Assembly: GCA_950097015.1 (NCBI GenBank)
Contig: CATNEN010000038.1
Coordinates: forward strand, 20,770,001 to 20,834,000
Length of the DNA: 64,000 bases
Origin: Macrostomum hystrix
Lineage: Eukaryota; Animalia; Platyhelminthes
Direction of reading: 5' to 3'
In this document: positions 23,401 to 35,200 of the stretch, piece after piece
Layout: every line of letters starts with the position of its first letter
Numbering within the stretch: the first letter of the stretch is position 1
The notes under the pieces: model-generated
Databases searched by the model: none
Told to the model about the DNA's origin: nothing
Seen by the model: the letters and a program-made list of their open reading frames with translations, nothing else
Made by a program: the position numbers and the translations under genes

Positions 23401-26400
23401 GGTGACACTAAGGTGGAATGGCTTATAACCAATCAGGTGACACTAAGGTGGAATGGCTCATAACCAATCAGGTGACACTTAGGTGGAATGGCTTATAACC
23501 AATCAGGTGACACTTAGGTGGAATGGCTTATAACCAATCAGGTGACACTAAGGTGGAATGGCTTATAACCAATCAGGTGACACTTAGGTGGAATGGCTTA
23601 TAACCAATCAGGTGACACTAAGGTGGAATGGCTTATAACCAATCAGGTGACACTAAGGTGGAATGGCTTATAACCAATCAGGTGACACTTAGGTGGAATG
23701 GCTTATAACCAATCAGGTGACACTAAGGTGGAATGGCTTATAACCAATCAGGTGACACTAAGGTGGAATGGCTTATAACCAATCAGGTGACACTAAGGTG
23801 GAATGGCTTATAACCAATCAGGTGACACTAAGGTGGAATGGCTTATAACCAATCAGGTGACACTAAGGTGGAATGGCTCATAACCAATCAGGTGACACTT
23901 AGGTGGAATGGCTTATAACCAATCAGGTGACACTAAGGTGGAATGGCTTATAACCAATCAGGTGACACTTAGGTGGAATGGCTTATAACCAATCAGGTGA
24001 CATGAGGTGGTGAGGGTCATTACCAATCAGGTGACACTAGATTAGTAAGGTTAATGACCATGTGGGAGTGTGCAAATAATGGTGATTTTAGAAGTACAAA
24101 AAGTCAATAAAAAATCACCTGCAGTTGTTGCGCCACAGTGCCAACAATATTGGGCCCAATGCAGATGCCTAAATTCTTCGGCGACATTTTATTTCTCTCC
24201 TGCCTATCGCAGACTAGAGACAGAAATTTGATCAGATGGCGCAGATTTTCGTAATACTGCGGCTGCCTGCGGTGCAATTCGGAGCAGCAGCTGTGCAGAG
24301 CCATCCGACGTTCGTCTGAGCTGGCGAAAGCGCAGGCTTTCTTCCAGTCTGGCAGCAGGGATTGACCAATCAGAGGTTCGGGCAGCTGTTTCAGGTATTT
24401 CTTTAGGGCGCCGCAAATTGAGGCGCTATCGTAGCGGCTGATTTCAGTCTCGGCTTGCATAACGTCTAGGAAGGATTCGAGTTTCTGAACCGAACTAGTT
24501 GGCCCGTTGACTCGGAACAAGCCCTGGGCAGGTGGGAGGAAGTGGGAATAATTCTAGCTCACTATCATTATCAGTTACAGAATTAGGCTTCAACAATTAT
24601 AAAACACTTTTGCAAGACTATTGCACAATATCATACTCATCAATACTGCTTGACCAATCAGAGAAGACCCTGCCCAATAATACAGCTTGACCAATCAGAG
24701 AAGACCCTGCCCAATAATACAGCTTGACCAATCAGAGAAGACCCTGCCCAATAATACAGCTTGACCAATCAGAGAAGACCCTGCCCAATAATACAGCTTG
24801 ACCAATCAGAGAAGACCCTGCCCAATAATACAGCTTGACCAATCAGAGAAGACCCTGCCGAATAATACAGCTTGACCAATCAGAGAAGACCCTGCCCAAT
24901 AATACAGCTTGACCAATAAGAGAAGACCCTGCCCAATAATACAGCTTGACCAATCAGAGAAGACCCTGCCCAATAATACTGCTTGACCAATCAGAGAAGA
25001 CCCTGCCCAATAATACTGCTTGACCAATCAGAGAAGACCCTGCCCAATAAAACTGCTTGACCAATCAGAGAAGATCATGTCCATCAATATTGATTTACCA
25101 ATCGGTGAAGACACTACCCAACGACATTGCTTGACCAATCAGTGAAGACTCGACTATTAATACTTGCTTGACCAATTAGAGAAGACCCAAGCGTCAATAC
25201 TTGTTTAACAAATCAGAGAAGAGCGTATTAGACTAGTAATTTGACAGCAATAAAAAGGGTAAATAAAATAAAGAAATTCACAGAAATCTAATCAGCTTCT
25301 CAAACCTCTTCGTCCATGATATCGTCTCTTCGAAGAGCAGCGGTGCACACGTCGATAACGTAGGCGATGCGGCGCCCAGTTCTAGCCAGATGATCGCCAA
25401 GCGGTGTGCCGTAACAAGGCCCAGATAATTTAGTGATGCGAGACACTTCAGCTTGAAGGTAGGGCAGCTGTTTCTCCAAATGGCCCAGGCAGTTTTTATG
25501 ATAGTTGAGACGAGCCTGCATGAGCTGTAGGAGCTGCTGACAGTGCGCGGGCTTCTCGCCCTGAAGCGAATTTAGCTGCACTATGTAGGCGTCGCGCTCT
25601 TTGCGCTCCTCATTTTCGCGAGTGGACACTTCCAGTTGTAGCTCACCTGGATTGATTTATTATTACGTACGGTGTACACGACGGCAAGAATAAGTGGCAA
25701 AAATCAGTAGTCCTGTCATAATAATAATAACTGGTTACACCTTCCTCAATCGGGCCAGATGTGCAGCTTACAGCACAGCCGCAGCTATTGCGCGGCGCAT
25801 TTGAAGTCTGCATACAGCTTTTCAGTCCATGGACTGGGGGGGGGCGCCACACTGAGCTTCAATTACCCCAGCTAATACAGGTGCCCGCTTAACAGATGAT
25901 TGTGATGAGAGCGTCTCTAAAGGAACGGGTGTGGGAAGAGAGCGGCCTGAAGGAACGGAGAGTGAAAAGAGAGCGGCCCTGAGGGACCAGGTGTGAGAAG
26001 AGGGCGACCCTGAGGGACCAGGTGTGAGAAGAGAGCGGCCCTGAGGGACCAGGTGTGAGAAGAGAGCGGCCCTGAGGGACCAGGTGTGAGAAGAGAGCGG
26101 CCCTGAGGGACCAGGTGTGAGAAGAGAGCGGCCCTGAGGGACCAGGTGTGAGAAGAGAGCGGCCCTGAGGGACCAGGTGTGAGAAGAGAGCGGCCCTGAG
26201 GGACTGGGGATGAGAAGGGAGCGGCCTTGAAGGAACGGGTGTGAGAAGAGCGGCCCTGAAGGACCAGGTGTGAGAAGAGAGCGGACTTTATTTGTAGTAG
26301 CGAGCATTGAATGAAAGGAGCGGTCCTAAGAGACCAAATTAAAAGCAACTGACGTACCAACAGCATCGGAGCCGCCTCCGCCACCGCCGCCACCGCTAGA

Positions 26401-28935
26401 GGCCTGCTGCTTTTGCATGGCGTGCCCCAATCGGCGACGCAGTTTAGTCAGATCGCTAGCCAGACGGGTCAGGCTGCGTCTCTGCTGCTGCAGATCGACT
26501 AGCCGGCGCTCCCGATCACGCAGGCCGGCTGACCATCTGGCATAATGCAGTTCGGAGTGGCAGACGATGAACTAACAGGTGTCTGAGCCTGCCTTCCCAC
26601 ACCTAGATAACAGGTGTCTGAGCCTGTCACCTGCCTTCCCACACCTAAATAACAGGTGTCTGAGCCCGTCACCCGCCTTCCCACACCTAAATAACAGGTG
26701 TCTGAGCCTGCCTTCCCACACCTAAATAACAGGTGTCTGAGCCTGTCACCTGCCTTCCCACACCTAAATAACAGGTGTCTGAGCCTGCCTTCCCACACCT
26801 AAATAACAGGTGTCTGAGCCTGTCACCAGCCTTCCCACACCTAAATAACAGGTGTCTGAGACCGTCACCTGCCTTCCCACACCTAAATAACAGGTGTCTG
26901 AGCCTGTCATCTGCCTTCCCACACACCTAAATAACAGGTGTCTGAGCCTGTCACCTGCCTTCCCACACCTAAATAACAGGTGTCTGAGCCTGCCTTCCCA
27001 CACCTAAATAATAGGTGTCTGAGCCTGCCTTCCCACACCTAAATAACAGGTGTCTGAGCCTGTCACCAGCCTTCCCACACCTAAATAACAGGTGTCTGAG
27101 CCTGTCACCAGCCTTCCCACAACTAACTAATAGGTGTCTAAAGCCACCTATTTTATTTAGAAAGTTGTTAAAAACAAAACAGCGTGGTCCAATAAGACTA
27201 TGTAGATAATCTCCAACCTACTTAGTAATTTCTTCGTTGAGATCTTCTCTGCGCTGCATGAGCTCTGTTTCGGTCACAGCTAAGCCATTCAGGACGCAAT
27301 CAAACAGATTACTCCTAGTTCGCATTGAAAGAGCCGACTGATGAAAAGCATCTTGCAGAGCCTCCTCTGGTTGCTTGCGAACCAGGCACTTGTCGGCTCG
27401 TTTGCTAATTTTTTCTAAAGCGGCACGCAATGGCTCAATGGTGTCCTCAACTTGTTGGCATTGATCTGGCAGCGCTGACAGGTCCAATGTTCCAGAGTCA
27501 AGTGCAGATGAATCAACACCGCCGCCAATGTTGCCCATTGTACCAGCAGCTGATGATGCTGAAGCACCTGTTGGCATAGTTGATGCCTGGGCGCCTATGC
27601 CACCAGATGTCAGAGTGCCACCACTACCCTGATTGGTGCCTGGATTCATCCTAAATTTAATTTTAATGAGAGGTAAATATTCAACATTAAAAAGACATTA
27701 GGCTATTTCTAAGACATACGAGTATAGAGCCCTAGCAAATATAGAAGTAGCTATAGGCTAATGCTGCTTGTTTTCATCTAGACAGTGTACTTTGCTGTTA
27801 TAGGTTAAACCTATATAACCCATGGCCATCCAAAGGTGATATAGACAGTGTGTCATGGCAAATTTCAAATCCTAGGGTGAGACCACTTCTGGTCCAGTTT
27901 TAATTTCAGTCTGATGACTTTCAATTCATCAGAAGGCATCAAGATTCATCCTGTCCATAAAAACATATTTTGTTTCTTTGCTTGGGATCACGTTGGTAGT
28001 TATATATAGCTCATGATAGTCCTAAGTCAAGTTTGCATGGCATAGAGTGCCATGTACCATGGTATGACAACAAGCTAAAGTGCCCTAAATGTTATCTACA
28101 AAAAGTAACTTTTTAAATAGGGTAGGTTAACATGTTAGCTGGCTTTTATATAGCTAATAGACTATAAAGTCTATATTTATGTGGTTGCTGTTGGAAAAGT
28201 TAGTGTGATTTTGGAAAGCTGCACTTCTATGCTTAATATAAGATAATTAATAGCTGATAGTAAATTTGTAATGACACTTTGCTGATGCATGTGCTAATCC
28301 TCATAGGTCATTAGTTAATGACTTAATACAAATACTTATAGGGCATCTAGACTAAAGTTAAAGTTAGTAAAGGTTCAATTATCTTAAAAGTCAAATATTT
28401 TGTATTAACCTAGTGACTAAGGTCCAGAAGTGCATGCACCAGCCAAACCCAACATAATTTAAACATTTGGTACAAAAATAGTAGGGCCTATATATAAGAC
28501 AAATAATAGATTATGATAACAATTTACAACAAACAATTTTGACTTTAATACCATTTTAAAATAGGATAACAATTTCATTAAAAAAACTATAAGGTCTAAC
28601 TTATAACTCTATTATAAGTAACTAACTTTAAATTAAAAATTATATACATTAACTTTGAATTAGCTGATTTATTTTTATCAATAAGCCTAATATTTTATGA
28701 CTATTTAACCTAGTTTATGAGAATGAGACTATAGCACACAATAGAAATAGTTAAAATGGATTTTAGATTATTAGACAGAAAATAAATTCAAAATGTGTCA
28801 TTGTTTAAATTTGCCAATGACTAGGTACCTTAACTATGGCTAATTAATATAATAGATAGGTCAAGCCTTATAACAAATAAATTCAATTTGAAAAACTTAC
28901 ACATTTTGAAATATTCCTTGAAAGAAGCTAGCCAT
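17200..28935 (-). CDS. BAR-domain Rho GTPase-activating protein, RICH/nadrin/SH3BP1 (ARHGAP17/44) family
   Basis: Phase-consistent exons (minus): 28935-28901 (MASFFQGIFQNV), 27650-27222, 26536-26358, 25646-25306, 24523-24119, 22883-22718, 19889-19664, 17560-17200 (about 713 aa, ending NEVTNF*). A helical BAR-like N-terminus is followed by YGTPLGDHL..IAYVIDVC..DEEGLFRVNG (Arg finger), LKKYLKQLPEPL and NKMSPKNLGICIGPNI. The exon structure 3' of 22718 is less certain. Confidence 0.85.
18705..18724. repeat. (AC)n microsatellite
   Basis: Seen directly. Confidence 0.9.
20390..20488 (-). CDS. Candidate 99-nt symmetric cassette exon of the RhoGAP
   Basis: cacag|ATCTTCG...CCATTCG|gtatta; phase 1-1, open only in the expected frame (DLRSPPSDFAANNQQRLRSMSNLNSS...); a GC-rich island in an AT-rich intron. 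Confidence 0.45.
20770..20983. repeat. 24-bp minisatellite CTGCTACGATTCTGGCTGCGAATC
   Basis: About 8 perfect copies; source of the AANPATIL ORF. Confidence 0.95.
21253..21896 (-). CDS. Probable alternative terminal exon of the RhoGAP (Ser/Ala-rich tail ending SRSLLCLC*)
   Basis: The acceptor cctgtaag|AC at 21896 is in the correct phase (1) to join the exon ending at 22718. The GC-rich frame is open to a stop at 21253 and no strong internal donor was seen. Confidence 0.65.
21986..22195 (+). mobile_element. SINE family B, diverged and truncated copy
   Basis: Matches head and body including CTGCCTGACGATGAGAAATTCAGGGCAG. Confidence 0.7.
23005..24040. repeat. 35-bp minisatellite GGTGGAATGGCTTATAACCAATCAGGTGACACTWA
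   Basis: About 29 copies in a RhoGAP intron. Confidence 0.95.
24640..25222. repeat. 37-bp minisatellite TGACCAATCAGAGAAGACCCTGCCCAATAATACAGCT
   Basis: Tandem array decaying toward the right. Confidence 0.95.
25720..25893 (-). mobile_element. SINE family A, 3' part
   Basis: Reverse-complement match to about 12735-12905 including the tail; the ORF track gives near-identical peptides (PPVHGL..DAPRNSCGCAV). Confidence 0.7.
25915..26285. repeat. 31-bp minisatellite GAGAAGAGAGCGGCCCTGAGGGACCAGGTGT
   Basis: Tandem array. Confidence 0.95.
26573..27140. repeat. 35/42-bp minisatellite AACAGGTGTCTGAGCC(TGTCACC)TGCCTTCCCACACCTAAAT
   Basis: Tandem array with two unit lengths. Confidence 0.95.
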
Positions 28936-31900
28936 TACTGTCTGCAGATGATAATTCTATTACTTAGCACTAATCCGCTAGCTAGGCCTAGTAGCTTATT
29001 CTAAAACCTAAATTTAACTTGCTTTAACTTTCTAAAAGACCTTGAAAATCAATGAGATGACTAGGCCTACTATTTATCTAGTTGCAAAAGTCTACTTGCT
29101 TTTACAATGACAGCTGTAATGATTGGCAAGCCAAGAATACTTTATTGATTGTTATACATTGTCTCTAACCACAACAGTGGCATTTTTCAAGTCACTGTAA
29201 AACTCGCTGTATGGGCATATGCAGTAGAGTAGGTCTAGGCCTATTTTTTTTTGTAACCTGTAGGCCTAAAGACTAAATTTAAGCTAGTTATTTGGAGATG
29301 TGAATCCCCATTCAATGATTTACAATAAAACAACTACAGTCCAGCAGAGTCAGACAGCAAGAAAGGAAACAGGAAACACTGCTTTGTGCTTTTAGGTAGG
29401 GCCTAGGCCTAGCGATGCATGTGCAAAAAGTTTAAGGAAAAGAATTAACCAGCCAACGTAGACAAGGGCTCAACCCTACTTATAAATTATATACTCATAG
29501 TTAAACTAGGCCCTATGTGTAAATTTCTTTTTTAGTATACTTCAACTCAACATGTACAAGCAATAAGCTTTACCTATTTTGCATCGTAAAAACTTTTCAT
29601 TTTGAATGTGATAAGCCATATATAAGAAATTTATATAAGAAAATAGAAAATAGTAAAAAGTCAAATGTTACAACATAAACATTACTAAGTTAACTAACGT
29701 GTTTAAGACGTTACAATAGTTTTTTTTCTATAATTTATAAACATATATTTATAAACGACATGTTTTTATATATTACAAACATATAGTTTTTTGCTTTAAA
29801 CACCGGTATTTTATTTTATTTGAGCCAATTTTTAATTAGCAATTAAATGCTATGTAACCTTACAAAAATGTCAAAAAAATTATTAACGCTTCACTCGCTT
29901 AATGCATTTTATACAAACATATTAGGATTGTCGTCGATGTTCGCCTGTCTCTTATCTCAAAGCCGCACAGCTCGTGTTAGGCTACAATAGCTTTAGCAGA
30001 TTCCGGGAAATTGCACATGGCGTTTAGGCATAGAACTTCTGTAAAAGTTGCTTTAAATTTACGACTTAAAATTCTAGTTTTTCATATAATATTAGGGCCT
30101 ATATGTATCAGTGTGTATGTTTAAAAATGGATATGTCATAGCTTTTTTTAATGCATTATCATTAGCTAATCCTGTTAATTTTTTGACTAGGCCTACTACT
30201 AGGCCTACTAGTTGCTTTTATTAGGCCTTTTTTGCTTGGGAGCTAATGAGCTTGACAGTGCTGTCATATATTACTAGATTGCCACCAGCGGTCGCTACCT
30301 GTGCAGCAGTCTCAGCTTAATATATAGGCAAATTTAGGAGTGTGCTTCTGACTTTCTGGTTTATTTTTCTGAGGCCCATTTTATGAGCAAACAACCATTA
30401 GGCCTAATCATAGGGGCCTATATCAATTAGATCAGAACTGACATCCATATGAGAGCAATGCACATGATTGAAGAGATGCTATAGAGGTTGGGTGGTTTTT
30501 ATAGATAGGATGTCTTGGCCTATAGGCTAGGCTTATGCCTATAGCCTAGGCCCTATAGATACAGATAGGGCCTATAAACACATACATGCGCAACCTCCCA
30601 AATCTTAGCCGGCCTTGCGACTTAGTTTTTGCTCTCATTTGCGACTTAGTTCGTTTCATTGCTCTATTTACGACTTAGTTTGCTCTCATTTGCTCTCTTT
30701 TTCTCTCCCCTTTTTCCTTTTCTTCACGCCTTCCTTTTTTGTCCCTTGGTCCCCCCTTTGATTTTTTGGCGCTTGGTCGATTGGTTTTTGCGACTTACCT
30801 TGCTTGGCCCTCGTTTCACCCGGCCGGTTCGGCCGGGTCGGCCGGGTGTTGCGCATGTATGTATAAACAGATTTTGGTTCTATACAGTGATAGGCCCTAC
30901 AGTGATACAGTGACTCTATAGACTTAAATAGTTAGCTATCTCATTATATATATCTATAAACTACATATATATGCCTAGGCCTAGTTAGTTATTGTTAATA
31001 TTTTAGTTAGCTAGGCCTAGTACCTGCCTATGGGCTATTACTAGGTCTAGGCCCCCTATGATAATGATATCATGAGCAACTCTGAACTAAAGTCTAATGT
31101 TCTGAACTGAATTAAACTAGTCAGAAATAGTCAAAAGTGACACCAATGACAAGTAGCAACTATCTATCTGATAGGCCTACTTAAGCCCATGAGTCACACA
31201 ACTTAAACTGTTGTGTTGTTAATTTCTAATGCAAGTATCCATGGACCATGATCAACTTCCCTAGCAACAATTGAGTAACCTATGTCATTCTTAGGCTTAT
31301 CTTATAATAAAAATATTTATTTATATAGGCCTAGTTAAAAAAATATTATATATTTTGATGCTTCTCTTTGTTTTAATTTCTTTATAATTTTTTTAGTTTT
31401 AGGCCTAGGCCTAATAGGTATCTTTTAATTGTAATATAGCTAGCTAGTTAGGCTTATGAATTTTATTTCTATATCAGCCTATTTTTATTTTCTTTTGTAT
31501 CTACTATTTTTATGAATTTCTGACATAGCTTCTTAAAAATTCTGTCTCTATGTATGCAGAGTAAAACTCTAGAGTTTGAACTCTAAACTCTAAATCAATC
31601 ATAAAAATAAACATACTAAATAAGGTCTAGCTACAAATACTTATTTTCATGACTTTGCTTGTTCTAGCTAGTGCACTTTTTATTTTTATTTTGGCTTAAG
31701 AGGCCAACCTTTGGCTTTTTAGCCTATATATTTTTAAAACATATAGTCTTATATGATGTGTTATGCTTTTTTTATTTTTATATGTGATATATTATCTCTA
31801 AAAATAGTTGACTAGATAGAATGAATGCTATATTTTTGTTGACCTTAACTAGAGCTCAAGTTGTTCCTTCATACTAGCCTCTTGTTTTTACAGAGCCTAT

Positions 31901-32259
31901 GTTTAGTTTGTTTAGAACTGACACAGTTTATATCATTAATAATTATTAATTATTTTTCAATTACTGCAGCATTAGTAAAATTATTTAGCACTCATGAGTC
32001 TGTATTTCAATTTTATTTTTGTTTAGCTATAACCGAGTTGTAATTGCCTATATTTAAAGCAGTCCAATAGATGTGTTTTTTGTATTAATGTAGGTTAACT
32101 ATAAAAATGATTAACTTGGAGATCACTTTTAAATGCTCAATACAAATGTCATAAAGCTTTTAATAATATCAAATTAATATTTTCAGAAATGATGAACAAT
32201 CTTTATTGAAACTAAAAAATTGCAGTTGTAATACTTGCCTTCATGAATAAAGTGCAGAA
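28936..32259. promoter_or_regulatory. Divergent (head-to-head) intergenic region of the RhoGAP and TRRAP; probable bidirectional promoter plus 5' UTRs/introns
   Basis: The start codons at 28935 (-) and 32260 (+) face apart; many TAGGCCTA palindromes; TSS not located. Confidence 0.5.
30581..30861. mobile_element. 281-bp MITE (8-bp TSD, hAT- or P-type) in the RhoGAP/TRRAP intergenic region
   Basis: Perfect 14-bp TIR CATACATGCGCAAC / GTTGCGCATGTATG; exact TSD TATAAACA at 30573-30580 and 30862-30869; internal repeated TTGCGACTTAGTT and CCGGCCGG motifs. Confidence 0.85.
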
Positions 32260-35200
32260 ATGGATTTGCAGACAAAAATAGACAAGGTTTCTGGAAAGCT
32301 CAAGTCATTTGTTGATGTCAAATCAAGTAAGTCAAGTAAAATTGAATAAAGTTTTAGCTAATCATTAGAAAATTAAAATAAATATTTTATTTTATTTTTT
32401 CAACTAATTTTTAGCTTTGGAAACAAGGATTAAAGATGGCCAAGAGGCATGCGATATGCTTGAGGTGAGCAAGGGTTTATTAGAAATTGTGAATATTAAT
32501 TGTTTTTTTAATTTTATCTTTGACACTTTTACAAATCATATATTTTTAGGGTTCCATGTTTCAAGAGCGAGAACCGAAATCTGTTGACCTGCTTAATGAC
32601 ATATGCAGCTCTGTTCAACAAGTGCTTGGCGAAACTCAACCCACTTTTATACAAGAATTTCCTATGCATCAGATTAGGCGCTTATCTTTGGAGATGCTGC
32701 AAAAGTTGCCCAACACGGAGCTGATGCGACCGCATGCTAAAAACATTCTTGGCCTTCTATTTCGCCTGCTTGAGGTGAGTTACTTTTGTTTTCGGTAAAG
32801 AATAGGCTGATTACTTCATCATACTATTTATTAGTAGAGTAAGTTGAATGTGCGATGCAAAACCTGAAAAGCCTGGCCCACATTGGCAGTATGATAACGA
32901 GGAAAACGTGCTGATGTGCCTGAAGCTGGTGATGGAGTATCACAAGACGTTCAAGCCGCCGTTTAGCACCGACGCGCTTAACTTTCTTAAATTTGTGCGC
33001 AGCGTCTACAAAGAGCTGCACTCACAGGAGCATAGAATCTTTGAGGCTGGAAAGAACGCTGCCAACTATTGTGTGAGCGAGATCTCCCTACTGGACATTC
33101 ATTCGCTTATGCTGGACACATTCACTAAGACGCAGATAACTACTGAAGCTAAAAAGCCTGATGGAACTGCCTGTGTGGTAAGTTTTTTTCAAATATACAA
33201 GCAATATTGGTACAGTGGACCAATTTATTGAAATATCTTGTCGGCCATTATACAAATTTGAGTCCTCAATACATTTCTGACACATGTTGCAGTACACATT
33301 CCTACCAAAGAGCTGCTTCTCGTTGCGCGTTATGCACGACGTTCCACTACTAGTGGTGTTGCTTTACCAGCTGTACAAGAATCAGGAGACTGTACTAAGA
33401 GAAGTGAACGAATTCGTTCCTCTCGTACTTAATTTTATCAATGTAGAGCCGACGCAGCCACAGAAGGATCTGATGTCTGCTGTATCTGTTAGCATGGAAA
33501 TATTCGTTGAATTCTTCACAGCTCAGATAAAGACTTTCTCATTGCTGGCCTTCATAGTGAAGTTATTCACCGAACAGATTCATCCGTTTCACAAACTGTT
33601 GGTTAGTGGCACCAAGAAGCTGTTGAAAAATTGTCCAAACGAGGTGGCTGCTCTGCGCAAAGAATTGCTCATTGCGTTTCGGCACATCCTGTCAGCGGAT
33701 CTAAAGAAGTGTAAGTCTATTGTATTTTAGTATATTTGACTAGCAAGTTTGACCCAATTTCTAAATTTGTCCTTAATTGTTGTCCGGAGCATTGATTTAT
33801 TCCGAAATTTGGCTGAACTGTCTTCAGCTTTCACTTGGCTGCACTTTAATTTTGCATATTGGACTAGCCATATCTGTCCTTCTTCCAGTTCTTTTTCAAG
33901 CTTTTTATGCAGGTCTGGACTAGCTAAATGCATGCATTTTTATGATTGACTTTTGCTATCGCTTTAATTAAAGTCTAGATTTTTTATCTATTCGAACACT
34001 CAGGTGCTAAACTAGGCTAACCCAATTTCCTGTCGCTATTAGCTTCATTAACTTAGTTCTGTCTTATCTAGGTCAACGCATAGTTTTTATTCCGTTTGAA
34101 ATTATATGGACGTTTGTGGTCTCCGTGTTATATCAGTGGAACACTGTTTAGTACAAAGCGTGTCTAAAAGGGGCGGTTTAGTGCAAATTTCCGTGTTTCC
34201 CGTTAATGAAAAGCTTTTATGTTTAGGCCAAATAGTTTTATTTGATTGGTGATTTTTATTTCTGCTATCTTGCAGTAAACAATGCATATTAGTTTGTTGC
34301 TTTTTATTTTTCTGCAAGCACTTTTTAGTCATAAGTTGCTCCGTTTTCCGTAAATTTCTATAAAAATATGTCAGACACGGGTCGGCAAACTCCGGCCCGC
34401 GGGCCAGATGCGGCACTTAAAGCTACCGAATCCGACCCGTTGCCTCTTCAGACACCTATAGTATTATGGTTAATCTTTCCCCTGTCTTATCTCTCTTCGA
34501 TCTCATCTCTCCCTGTCTCATCTCTCCCCTGTCTCATTTCTCCCGTGTCTCATCTCTCCCTGTCTCATCTCTCCCCTGTCTCATTTCTCCCGTGTCTCAT
34601 CTCTCCCTGTCTCATCTCTCCCTGTGTCTCATCTCTCCCTGTGTCTCATCTCTCCTGTCTCATCTCTCCCCTGTCTCATTTCTCCCGTGTCTCATCTCTC
34701 CCTGTCTCATCTCTCCCTGTGTCTCATCTCTCCCTGTGTCTCATCTCTCCTGTCGCATCTCTCCCCTTTCTCATTTCTCCCGTGTCTCATCTCTCTCTGT
34801 GTCTCATCTCTCCTGTCTCATCTCTCCCCTGTCTCATTTCTCCCGTGTCTCATCTCTCCCTGTCTCATATCTCCCCTGTCTCATTTCTCCCGTGTCTCAT
34901 CTCTCCCTGTCTCATCTCTCCCCTGTCTCATTTCTCCCGTGTCTCATCTCTCCCTGTCTCATCTCTCCCCTGTCTCATTTCTCCCGTGTCTCATCTCTCC
35001 CTGTCTCATCTCTCCCCTGTCTCATTTCTCCCGTGTCTCATCTCTCCCTGTCTCATCTCTCCCTGTGTCTCATCTCTCCCTGTGTCTCATCTCTCCTGTC
35101 TCATCTCTCCCCTGTCTCATTTCTCCCGTGTCTCATCTCTCCCTGTCTCATCTCTCCCTGTGTCTCATCTCTCCCTGTGTCTCATCTCTCCTGTCTCATC

